10,155 nt of DNA from Vulcanimicrobiota bacterium (GTDB lineage: Bacteria > Vulcanimicrobiota > Vulcanimicrobiia > Vulcanimicrobiales > Vulcanimicrobiaceae), in NCBI GenBank assembly GCA_003135555.1, contig PLCF01000067.1, forward strand, positions 1 through 10,155. Direction: 5' to 3'. The first letter of the stretch is position 1. Each line of letters begins with the position of its first letter. Below are positions 1 to 8,056 of the stretch, one piece after another. Under the pieces are notes generated by a model. It saw only the letters and a program-made list of their open reading frames with translations, was not told the DNA's origin and made no database searches. The translations under genes and the position numbers were made by a program.

Positions 1-27
1 ATCATACGAACGCCCTTCGCCGTTACC

Positions 28-1056
28 GTGAACGAACTCTCGCAACTCCTCGAACTGCGCGGAACGCTGCGCATCGACTTCCTCGACAGCCCGGCGCTGC
101 GCGGCAACGCGCTTGGCGACCCGTCCCGCCGGCCGCTCGCGGTCTACACGCCGCCGGCGTACGACGCCCAGGGGTCGCGCCGCTATCCCGTGCTGTACTG
201 CTTGCACGGCTACACCGGGAACGTCGCCGCATTGGTCGGCGGGCGCGCGTGGGAGACCAACGTCGTCCAGTGGATCGACCGGTTGATCGCCGCCGAGCAG
301 ATGCCGCCCGCGATCCTGGCGATCGTCGACGGGTACACGCGGCTCGGCGGTTCGCAGTACGTCGACTCGATCCACAACGGGGACTACGCGACCTACGCCG
401 TCCGCGACGTCGTCGGCCACGTCGACGGAGCCTACCGAACGCTCGCGCGCGAGGGCGGGCGCGCGGTGTTCGGCAAGTCATCGGGCGGGTTCGGCGCGGT
501 GCACCTGTGCCTCGCCCATCCCGGAACGTTTGCGGCCTTCGCGTCGCACAGCGGCGACTCGTATTTCCGGTACTCGAACGTGCGCGGTTTCCCGACCGCG
601 CAGCGCGTGCTCGAAGAGTTCGGCTCGATCGAGAAGTTCGTGGTGGAGTTCGAGCGGCGGCCGAAACGGCCCAGCCATTTCTACGAGGCGATCGAGATGC
701 TCGGCTACGCCTCCGCGTACTCGCCGCGCGCCGCGGAGCGCTGGTCGATCGATCTGCCCTGGGACGACGCGACCGCCGAGCTGCGCGAAGACGTCTTCGC
801 GCGCTGGCTGGCCTTCGACCCGTGCGAACGCGTGGTCGCGGGCCGCGCCGCGCTCGAGCGGCTACGGCTGCGCTATCTCGATTGCGGGCGCAAGGACGAA
901 TACGCGCTCGACGTCGGAGCGCGCGTATTCGCCAAGCGCTGTCGGGAACTGGGGCTCGAAGTGCGCCATGAAGAGTTCGACGACGACCACCGCAATATCG
1001 GCTACCGCTACGAAGTCTCGCTACCGGCGCTCACCGCAGTCCTCGACAGCGCGTGA
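28..1056 (+). CDS. Putative esterase, alpha/beta-hydrolase fold (enterochelin-esterase-like / putative esterase family)
   Basis: 342 aa ORF from GTG. It has the 'VYTPPAY...RYPVLYCLHG' motif, nucleophile elbow GKSSGG, and candidate triad Asp (DCGRKDEY) and His (DDDH). Confidence 0.85.
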   Translation: MNELSQLLELRGTLRIDFLDSPALRGNALGDPSRRPLAVYTPPAYDAQGSRRYPVLYCLHGYTGNVAALVGGRAWETNVVQWIDRLIAAEQMPPAILAIVDGYTRLGGSQYVDSIHNGDYATYAVRDVVGHVDGAYRTLAREGGRAVFGKSSGGFGAVHLCLAHPGTFAAFASHSGDSYFRYSNVRGFPTAQRVLEEFGSIEKFVVEFERRPKRPSHFYEAIEMLGYASAYSPRAAERWSIDLPWDDATAELREDVFARWLAFDPCERVVAGRAALERLRLRYLDCGRKDEYALDVGARVFAKRCRELGLEVRHEEFDDDHRNIGYRYEVSLPALTAVLDSA

Positions 1057-1065
1057 GGGAGAGAC

Positions 1066-1581
1066 CTACTGAGGCTTCTGCTGCATCTGCGCTTTGTGTA
1101 GCTCGCGCATCTTTTCGCGGCTCACCGAGACTTGCAGCAAGAAACGTCCGGCATCGTTGCCGCCCGCTCCGGGACCACGAGGATGGTCGGCGTTCGGGCC
1201 ACCCGCCATCGCGCCGGGGCCGCCCGGGGCGCCGTCGGGGCGCGGCGGCATGTTGGCGCGCATAGTCGCCATCATCTTGTCGCGCTCGCCGAGCACGGCC
1301 TTGGATTCAGCCGGCGTGAGCGCGGCATCGACCTGCTGGGCCGCGCTGCGCAGGTCGGTGAGCTGACCGCCGTTGATCTGATCGACGATGGTCTGGACCT
1401 TGGCGCGAGTCGCCGGGCTGAGATCGTTGAAGGCGGCGGTTTTCGCGGCATCGTGCGCAGCTTGCATCTGGGCGCGAACTTCGGGCGGAGGACCATTTGG
1501 AGGCCCGCCTGCCTGTGCGAGGACGGAGAGCGGTAACCCGGCCGCAAGTACGGCGGCGAGCACCGGTAGCGATAATTTCAT
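1066..1581 (-). CDS. Secreted hypothetical protein, helical and Pro/Gly-rich (loosely Spy/CpxP-like)
   Basis: 171 aa with Sec signal peptide (MKLSLPVLAAVLAAGLPLSVLA|Q), helical segments such as 'QQVDAALTPAESKAVL', GP-rich linkers, and SD-like GGGTGGA upstream. Confidence 0.7.
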   Translation of the reverse strand: MKLSLPVLAAVLAAGLPLSVLAQAGGPPNGPPPEVRAQMQAAHDAAKTAAFNDLSPATRAKVQTIVDQINGGQLTDLRSAAQQVDAALTPAESKAVLGERDKMMATMRANMPPRPDGAPGGPGAMAGGPNADHPRGPGAGGNDAGRFLLQVSVSREKMRELHKAQMQQKPQ

Positions 1582-1614
1582 AGATCCACCCTATTGCATG
1601 GGCCCCCGGATTTG

Positions 1615-1644
1615 GCTGGGAAAGCGGTGAGGGCCGGGTGAGAA
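1615..1644 (-). promoter_or_regulatory. Three 11-bp-phased direct repeats upstream of the secreted-protein gene; candidate OmpR/PhoB-family operator
   Basis: On the + strand GGTGAG occurs at 1626-1631 and 1637-1642, with degenerate GCTGGG at 1615-1620. The period is exactly 11 bp. Confidence 0.35.
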
Positions 1645-1668
1645 GTTCGCGCGCTGGGCGTAAGCGCG

Positions 1669-2913
1669 TCAAGCGGTCGGCGCGCCCTGGCTCTGAGTCG
1701 CTGGGATCCGCTCCGGGTCCGGCACCTCCGCGCTCACGGCGGCCTCGGCTCGCGACGCCGGCGTGGTTCGCGCGTTGGTCGCGTCGAGCGCCTGACGCAG
1801 GTCGGCGATCAGATCGTGCGCGCTCTCAATCCCCACCGACAGCCGCAGCAAGCCCTCGGTGATGCCGCGCCGGTCGCGCTCGGCTTTGGGGATCGAACCG
1901 TGCGTCATGCGGGCGGGATGATTGATGAGCGACTCGACGCCACCCAAGCTCTCGGCGAGCGAGAACAGCTTGGTGGTGCGCGCGACGTCGAGCGCGCGCG
2001 ACTCCGGGCCGCGCAGCGTCATCGAGATGATCCCGCCGTTCCCGCGCATCTGCCGGCGCGCCAACTCGTGCTGCGGGTGGGATGCCAGGCCGGGATAGTA
2101 GACCCGCTCGACGTCGTCCCGCTCCTCGAGGAAGGTCGCGATCGCGTACGCGTTGCTGGCGTGTTCGCGCATCCGCAGCGCGAGGGTCTTGGCGCCGCGC
2201 GAGATGAGGAACGCTTCGAACGGGCTGAGCACCGCTCCCAGCGTTTTCTGCAGGAAGCGCAGCTGCTCGGCGATTTCCGCGTCGTCGGTCATCGCCGCGC
2301 CGCCCATCGCGTCGCTGTGGCCGCCGATGTATTTGGTCGTCGAGTGGATCACGATGTCGGCGCCCAGCGCGAGCGGCGACTGGAAGTAGGGCGTGCAAAA
2401 GGTGTTGTCGACGACCACGAGCTGACCGGCGGTCTTGAGCGCGACCATCGCGCGGATGTCGATCAAACGCAGCATCGGATTGGTCGGCGTCTCGATCCAG
2501 AACATCTTGGTGTTCGGTTGGATCGCCGCGCGCACCGCCGCCAGATCGGTCATGTCGACGAAGGTCGAACCCAGGCCGAAGCGCTCGAGCACCTTGGTGA
2601 AGAGCCGGTACGTTCCGCCGTACGTGTCGTCGCTGACGACGATGTGGTCGCCGGCGGAGAGCAAGCTGGTGATCGCGGTCTCGGCGCCGAGCCCGGACGC
2701 GAACGCCGCGCAGTAGCGCGCCTCCTCGAGCGCCGCGAGCTGGGTCTCGAGCGCGAGTCGGCTGGGGTTGGCCACCCGCGAGTAGTCAAAACCTTTGTGC
2801 TCGCCTACCGCCGACTGCGTAAACGTCGAAGTCGCGTAGATCGGAACGATGGTCGCTCCGGTGGCGGGATCGGGCTCCTGCCCGGCGTGGATGGCGCGCG
2901 TCGCGAAGTCCAT
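1669..2913 (-). CDS. Cystathionine gamma-lyase / gamma-synthase (Cys/Met metabolism PLP enzyme)
   Basis: Motifs 'FATRAIHAGQ', 'YSRVANP', 'ETPTNP', 'DNTF', 'HSTTKY' (PLP Lys), 'SLGGVES' and 'LRLSVGIE'. It starts 1 nt after the CBS stop, which favours gamma-lyase function. Confidence 0.92.
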   Translation of the reverse strand: MDFATRAIHAGQEPDPATGATIVPIYATSTFTQSAVGEHKGFDYSRVANPSRLALETQLAALEEARYCAAFASGLGAETAITSLLSAGDHIVVSDDTYGGTYRLFTKVLERFGLGSTFVDMTDLAAVRAAIQPNTKMFWIETPTNPMLRLIDIRAMVALKTAGQLVVVDNTFCTPYFQSPLALGADIVIHSTTKYIGGHSDAMGGAAMTDDAEIAEQLRFLQKTLGAVLSPFEAFLISRGAKTLALRMREHASNAYAIATFLEERDDVERVYYPGLASHPQHELARRQMRGNGGIISMTLRGPESRALDVARTTKLFSLAESLGGVESLINHPARMTHGSIPKAERDRRGITEGLLRLSVGIESAHDLIADLRQALDATNARTTPASRAEAAVSAEVPDPERIPATQSQGAPTA

Positions 2914-2914
2914 C

Positions 2915-4303
2915 TTACGCGCTCTGGGCCGAGAGGAACGAGATGATGTCCTGGCGCGTGACGACGCCGACGTGTTGACCGTCCTCGGTCACCACGATCG
3001 CCGAGTTCGCCATGGTGAGCAGTTTGTAGGCGACGGTCACTTCGACGTCGTGCTCGAGCGCCGGAAAGGCGCGGCCCATTACTTCGCCGACCGGTTTGTG
3101 GACGATGTCGGCGTGATCGAACACCGCCTGCATCACCGCGACGTCGTTGATCGAGCCGACGACGTCGTTGCCGCGGGTCACCGGCAGCTGCGAGATCGAG
3201 TAGGTTCGCAACAGCTCGAGCGCTTCTTTGACCGTTTGCACTTCGGTGACGGTGATGAGCGGCGGTAGCGGTCGCTTCGTGCGCAAGACGTCGCCGACGG
3301 TATCCTTGCGGCGGTCGTCCTCGAGGAAGCCGTTGGCGTGCATCCACTCGTCGTTGAAGATCTTCGACATGTAGCCGCGGCCTGAGTCGGGCATCACGAC
3401 CACCATGATCGCTTCGGGCGGCAACTCTTTGGCAACGCGGACCGCGGCTGCGACGGCCGTGCCCGACGAACCGCCGACGAGCAGTCCTTCCTCGCGCGTG
3501 ATGCGGCGCGCCATGAGAAAGCTCTCTTTGTCGGTGATGCGCAGGATGCGATCGATCACCCGCATGTCGACGGTCTGCGGGAGGTAGCTCATCCCGATAC
3601 CCTCGACTTTGTACGACTTGGGCGTGTCGCCGCTATAGATCGAGCCCTCCGGATCGGCGCCGACGACGACGATCGCGGGATTGCGCTCCTTGAGGTAGCG
3701 GGCGGTGCCCGAGATCGTCCCGCCGGTACCCATCCCGCTCACGAAGTGGGTGATCTTGCCGGCCGTCTGCTCCCAAATCTCCGGCCCGGTGGTCTTGTAG
3801 TGCGCGCCGGGATTCTGCGCGTTGTGCCACTGGTCGGGCTGGAGCGCGCCGGGGATCTCCGCGGTGAGTCGATTGGCGACGCCATAGTACGACTCCGGAG
3901 AGTCGTTGGGGACGTTGGTGGGCGTGATGACGACCTCGGCGCCGTACGCCCGGAGCAGGTCGATCTTCTCCTGGGCCATCTTGTCGGGCATCACGAGGAT
4001 GCAGCGGTAGCCGCGGATCGCGGCGGCCATCGCGAGGCCGGTTCCGGTGTTGCCCGAGGTCGCCTCGATGATCGTCGCGCCGGGCTTGAGGATACCGCGC
4101 GCTTCGGCGTCTTCGATCATCGCCACGGCCGGCCGGTCCTTGACCGAGCCGCCCGGGTTCACGTACTCCACTTTGGCCAAGACCAGACAGGTTGCGTTGT
4201 CGGTCACGCGATTTAGCTTGACGAGCGGGGTATGACCGACGGCATCGAGGGCGTTGCGGTAGTACGTCATCCCTTGCGTGGGACGGGGGTCGGTGAGGGC
4301 CAT
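2915..4303 (-). CDS. cbs: Cystathionine beta-synthase, heme-less, with C-terminal CBS-domain pair
   Basis: Motifs 'GHTPLVKL', 'NPGGSVKDR' (PLP Lys), 'TSGNTG', 'GMGTGGT' and 'PDSGRGYMSK', followed by a C-terminal Bateman module ('ISQLPV', 'VGVVTRQDII'). Confidence 0.93.
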   Translation of the reverse strand: MALTDPRPTQGMTYYRNALDAVGHTPLVKLNRVTDNATCLVLAKVEYVNPGGSVKDRPAVAMIEDAEARGILKPGATIIEATSGNTGTGLAMAAAIRGYRCILVMPDKMAQEKIDLLRAYGAEVVITPTNVPNDSPESYYGVANRLTAEIPGALQPDQWHNAQNPGAHYKTTGPEIWEQTAGKITHFVSGMGTGGTISGTARYLKERNPAIVVVGADPEGSIYSGDTPKSYKVEGIGMSYLPQTVDMRVIDRILRITDKESFLMARRITREEGLLVGGSSGTAVAAAVRVAKELPPEAIMVVVMPDSGRGYMSKIFNDEWMHANGFLEDDRRKDTVGDVLRTKRPLPPLITVTEVQTVKEALELLRTYSISQLPVTRGNDVVGSINDVAVMQAVFDHADIVHKPVGEVMGRAFPALEHDVEVTVAYKLLTMANSAIVVTEDGQHVGVVTRQDIISFLSAQSA

Positions 4304-4383
4304 GACCCAGTCGCGTTCCGCAACTCCGGAAGGGCAGCCTGCGTCGAAGGTAGTGCCACCAGTCGTACACGAGAGGAAGAGAA

Positions 4384-4734
4384 ATGCCCACCGATTTTAG
4401 GAACGGTGAGTTCCCGCGCCGGGGCCGTGACGGGCTCGACGGCTTTCTGTGGCTCGCGCGCGTGTTCGACAAGGCGCGGGCCGCCCGCGACGAGACGATC
4501 TTCGACTACATCTACCCCTGCCCGATGGACCGCGGCGTCTTCGACCGCTGGGGAATCACCACGCGCATGTTCGACGCGGCCCTCGATACGTGCCAGAGCG
4601 ACGACGAGATTCTGGCGTGGCTCAAGGCGCGCGTCCCCGACGCCCGCCGCGACGATGCGAACCGCTGGCTCCTCGACGAGAAGGCCGTCAACTTGGATCG
4701 CCAGGATGCCGAAGAAGGCGTCGTCCCGGTCTAG
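4384..4734 (+). CDS. DUF5069-like protein
   Basis: 116 aa. The pattern 'PR..R..LDG..WLAR..DKARA......DY.YPCPMD.......GI....F.......SDDEIL.W' matches my recollection of DUF5069. Purine-rich SD GAGAGGAAG lies upstream. Confidence 0.75.
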   Translation: MPTDFRNGEFPRRGRDGLDGFLWLARVFDKARAARDETIFDYIYPCPMDRGVFDRWGITTRMFDAALDTCQSDDEILAWLKARVPDARRDDANRWLLDEKAVNLDRQDAEEGVVPV

Positions 4735-4759
4735 GGTCTGCTAGCGGGTTCGCGTTGCG

Positions 4760-5116
4760 ATGAACGCGAACGCGGCTCGCGTGACCCGCGTGCGCCTCGC
4801 CCTGTTCGCGCTCCCCCTGCTGCTCGCGGCATGCGGCGGACCGCAGGTACCCCCCGCGCAGAACTATCCGACCATTCACGGCCGGGCCTTCGATGCGAGC
4901 ACGAACCAACCGGTCGCGGGCGCGCTCATCTCGGTCGACACGATCCTCACGGCGAGTACCGCGAGCGACGGGACCTACCGCATTACCAACATTCCGATCG
5001 GGACCTACACGTTCGCCGTGACCCCGCCCAACGGCTATAGCCAACCGCCCCCGTCCAGCGGCAGCCTCACCGCCGGCGAAAACGTCACGATCGACGTCCC
5101 GCTCACGCACCTATAA
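4760..5116 (+). CDS. Lipoprotein with carboxypeptidase-regulatory-like (prealbumin-type) domain
   Basis: Lipobox LAAC after a basic/hydrophobic leader, and 'TIHGRAFDASTNQPVAGALIS...TASDGTYRITNIPIGTYT'. An alternative GTG start at 4781 is possible. Confidence 0.8.
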   Translation: MNANAARVTRVRLALFALPLLLAACGGPQVPPAQNYPTIHGRAFDASTNQPVAGALISVDTILTASTASDGTYRITNIPIGTYTFAVTPPNGYSQPPPSSGSLTAGENVTIDVPLTHL

Positions 5117-5120
5117 CCGG

Positions 5121-6272
5121 TTGCGCGTCGTCGTCGCGCCCGACAAGTTCAAGGGCAGCCTCGACGCCGCCGGTGTCGCCGCGGCGCTGGCGGCGGGGGT
5201 CCGCGACGTGATCGCCGACGCGGTGATCGTGCTGGTCCCGATGGCCGACGGCGGCGACGGCACCGCCGACGCATTCTTGGCCGACGGCGCCGTGGCGCGA
5301 TGCGTGACCGTCAGCGGCCCGCTGGGCGATCCGGTCGACGCCCGTTACGCGCGCGACGGCGACGTGGCGATCGTCGAGATGGCGGCCGCGTCGGGCTTGG
5401 CGCTGCTGGGCCGGCGGCGCGAACCGCGGCGCGCGACGACGCGCGGTACCGGCGAACTGCTGCGCGACGCGCTCGACGGCGGCACGCGGCGCATCGTGCT
5501 CGGCATCGGCGGCAGCGCGACGACCGATGGCGGCGCCGGCGCGTTGGCTGCGCTGGGCGCGCGGTTTCTCGACGCCGCCGGGGCCGAGCTCGAGCCGTTG
5601 CCCGAAGCGCTCGCGGCGCTGGCGCGCATCGACCTCGAGGGTCTCGATGCGCGCCTCGCCCCTTCGACAGGCTCAGGGGTGGATCTAGCGATCGCGTGCG
5701 ACGTCGACAATCCGCTGCTGGGGGCGGCCGGTGCCGCGGCCGTCTACGGTCCGCAAAAGGGCGCCACGCCCGCCGACGTCGCGTTCCTGGACGGCGTTCT
5801 GGCCCGGCTGGCCGATGCGATGACCGGGGCGACCGGGCGCGATCTGCGCGACCTGCCCGGCGCCGGCGCCGCCGGCGGACTGGGCTGGGCGCTGGCCAGC
5901 GCGTGCGGGGCGCGCCTCGAACGGGGCGTCGCGTTGGTCGCCCAGGTGCGCGGACTGCACCACGCGCTCGACGGCGCTGACTGGTGCTTCACCGGCGAGG
6001 GCCGCATCGATGCGCAGACCCTGCGCGGCAAGGTCGTCGACGGGGTCGCCGCCGCGGCGCATGCAGCCGGCGTCCCGGTGGTGGCCTTCGGCGGCAGCGT
6101 CGACCCCGCCGTCGAGCCGGCCCTGCGCGCCCGCGGCGTGTGGTGTTTCCCGATCACCCCGGGCCCGCAGTCGCTCGACGAAGCGATGCGCGAGGCGGCC
6201 GCGAACCTGCGCGCAGCCGCCGCGCGCGTCGCGGCGTTGATCCAAACGCCGCGAAACGACGACGGAGGCTGA
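5121..6272 (+). CDS. glxK: Glycerate kinase (GlxK/GarK family)
   Basis: TTG start; motifs 'APDKFKGSL', 'PMADGGDGT', 'IVEMAAASG', 'GIGGSATTDGG', 'ACDVDNPL', 'YGPQKGA', 'GAGAAGG' and 'TGEGRIDAQT'. Confidence 0.95.
   Translation: MRVVVAPDKFKGSLDAAGVAAALAAGVRDVIADAVIVLVPMADGGDGTADAFLADGAVARCVTVSGPLGDPVDARYARDGDVAIVEMAAASGLALLGRRREPRRATTRGTGELLRDALDGGTRRIVLGIGGSATTDGGAGALAALGARFLDAAGAELEPLPEALAALARIDLEGLDARLAPSTGSGVDLAIACDVDNPLLGAAGAAAVYGPQKGATPADVAFLDGVLARLADAMTGATGRDLRDLPGAGAAGGLGWALASACGARLERGVALVAQVRGLHHALDGADWCFTGEGRIDAQTLRGKVVDGVAAAAHAAGVPVVAFGGSVDPAVEPALRARGVWCFPITPGPQSLDEAMREAAANLRAAAARVAALIQTPRNDDGG
5659..5679. repeat. Short palindromic REP/RPE-like element inside glxK
   Basis: CCCCTTCGACAGGCTCAGGGG. 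It shares the core CTTCGACmrGCTC with the copies at 9994-10020 and 10110-10128. Confidence 0.75.
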
Positions 6273-6276
6273 CGCC

Positions 6277-6711
6277 ATGCTCGCATTGTTCCTGGGCGCC
6301 GCGCTGCTCGCAACGGCCTCGCTCGACGCCGGACACGCGGCGGTGCTCGCCGTGGTCTCGCAGGACCCGATGGCCGGCGCCTGCGCGCCGGGCGAGCTGC
6401 GCCAGGCCGTCGTCGACACGCGGATCAGAACGATCGGCCACCTTGGCGCTGACTCCGTCGTGCTGTTCGCGGTGCATGCGCGCTGCATCTGCGGCGAGCA
6501 CAACTGTCAGCAATACGTGATCCGCTACGGCACCGGAGCGCCGCGTGTGCTGCTCGTCGGGCTGGGGTGGCGCGCCGACCCGCGGCCGGCGAAGCCGCTG
6601 CCGCAGATCGTGGTGCGGTCGCACGACAGCGCCGCGGTCAGCGACGTGATTACCTACGCGTACCGCGGCGGAAAATACGTCGAGATACGCAGTCAACGCG
6701 TCAGGAACTGA
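6277..6711 (+). CDS. Secreted hypothetical protein with a CxCGxxNC motif
   Basis: 144 aa with a hydrophobic signal peptide, GGAGG SD at 6264-6268, and four Cys including CICGEHNC. Confidence 0.7.
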   Translation: MLALFLGAALLATASLDAGHAAVLAVVSQDPMAGACAPGELRQAVVDTRIRTIGHLGADSVVLFAVHARCICGEHNCQQYVIRYGTGAPRVLLVGLGWRADPRPAKPLPQIVVRSHDSAAVSDVITYAYRGGKYVEIRSQRVRN

Positions 6712-6712
6712 A

Positions 6713-8056
6713 TCACGCGGTCGGGGCGGGCGTCGCGCTCTGACGGAAGCGCACGTACGACGCCCGCTCGGCGACGGCTTCGTCGATGATGCCGACGACG
6801 ACCGCGGCGAGCCGGTCGCTGTCGTGGCGCACGGTCTGCGTTTCGCTGATCACGTTGGCGCGCACGAGCTTCACGCCCAGACCGCGTAGCTGCTCTTCGT
6901 CGACCGCGACCGGGAACTGGCCCTCTTCGGCGTACTCGTCGCGCAGCTTGTGCGGGAGCTCGTCGTTGACGACCGCGATCTCGCACACGTTCGCACCGGC
7001 GCCGCGCAGCAGCGCGCGGATGTGGGCCGACGCGGTGTACCCGTCGGTTTCGCCGGGTTGGGTCATCACGTTGCAGACGTAAATCTTCACCCCCGCCGCG
7101 GCTTCGATCTCACGGCCGATCCGGTCGACGAGCAGATTCGGCATGATCGAGGTGTAGAGCGAACCGGGGCCGAGCACGATCGCGTCGGCCTCGCGAATCG
7201 CGGTGATGACTTCGTCGAGCGGCGGAGCATGCGGGGGGTCGAGGTACACTTCCTCGATCGTTCCACGCGCGTGGGTGATCTGCGATTCGCCCTCGACGAC
7301 GGTTCCGTCGCTCATCTTAGCGCACAAGCGCGCCACGGCCAGCGTCGAGGGCAGCACGCGCCCTTTGACGTTGAGCACGCGGCTCGACACCTTGATGGCC
7401 TCGTCGAAATTTCCGGTGATGCCGGTCATGGCGGCCAGGAAGAGGTTCCCGAAGGAGTGTCCGCTGAGCCCTTCCCCTTCGGAGAACCGATAGCGGAAAA
7501 GCTCGGTCACCAGCGCCTCGTCGTCGGCGAGCGCGACGAGGCAGTTGCGGATGTCGCCCGGCGGCAGCACGCCGAGTTCTTTTTGCAGGCGGCCCGACGA
7601 GCCGCCGTCATCGCTCACGGTGACGACCGCCGAGAGCTTGGTGGTGAACTTTTTGAGCCCGCGCAGCATCGTCGACAAGCCGGTGCCGCCGCCGACGACC
7701 ACGATCTTGTAGCCGCGCTCGAGGCGCCGTCCGCGGATCGCGCCGATCACGTCGTCGGTACCGTACGGCGCGACCGCGGTCACGATCGCGTTGAGCCAGC
7801 GCCAGATCCCCAGCGCGACGAGCAGCGCACCCAGGGCCATGAAGATCCACGAGAGATACCCGGGCGGAAAGAACTCCGAGACGAGCCAGTCGACGAACTC
7901 GTTGACGCGCAGCGTCGTGCCTTCGTCGGTGAGGTAGCGCGAAACGCCGTTGACGAAAAGCGTCGCACCCAGCGCCGCCAGCAAGAGCCAGCGCTTTACG
8001 CCGAGCCCGGGCTGCAACCAGCGCGCGATGTTGATCGACCGCGCGAAGCGCCTCAT
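6713..8056 (-). CDS. yvcK: YvcK/UPF0052 (GlmR-like gluconeogenesis/cell-wall factor) with N-terminal transmembrane segments
   Basis: Start reassigned to ATG at 8056, overlapping the rapZ stop (ATGA). Motifs 'PGLGVKRW', 'GGGTGLSTMLRGLK', 'DDGGSSGRL', 'PPGDIRNCL', 'GHSFGNL', 'GPGSLYTS', 'CNVMTQPGET' and 'RHD'. Confidence 0.93.
   Translation of the reverse strand: MRRFARSINIARWLQPGLGVKRWLLLAALGATLFVNGVSRYLTDEGTTLRVNEFVDWLVSEFFPPGYLSWIFMALGALLVALGIWRWLNAIVTAVAPYGTDDVIGAIRGRRLERGYKIVVVGGGTGLSTMLRGLKKFTTKLSAVVTVSDDGGSSGRLQKELGVLPPGDIRNCLVALADDEALVTELFRYRFSEGEGLSGHSFGNLFLAAMTGITGNFDEAIKVSSRVLNVKGRVLPSTLAVARLCAKMSDGTVVEGESQITHARGTIEEVYLDPPHAPPLDEVITAIREADAIVLGPGSLYTSIMPNLLVDRIGREIEAAAGVKIYVCNVMTQPGETDGYTASAHIRALLRGAGANVCEIAVVNDELPHKLRDEYAEEGQFPVAVDEEQLRGLGVKLVRANVISETQTVRHDSDRLAAVVVGIIDEAVAERASYVRFRQSATPAPTA

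Noticed and set aside
813..830. Other CTTCGAC occurrences (e.g. near 813, 3040, 3362, 4500, 4539, 8322)
   Set aside because: They lack the correctly spaced GCTC and the complementary flanks, and are explained by common Phe-Asp or Val/Ser-Glu/Lys codons.
1816..2946. 376-aa plus-strand ORF, and similar long antisense ORFs (6950-8206, 2849-3268, 5685-6503)
   Set aside because: These are shadow frames of well-supported genes in high-GC DNA, with no recognisable motifs.
4304..4383. SAM riboswitch upstream of cbs
   Set aside because: No SAM-I/IV core (AUC-AGAG...GCAACC...GUGC) is recognisable, and the spacer is only 80 nt.
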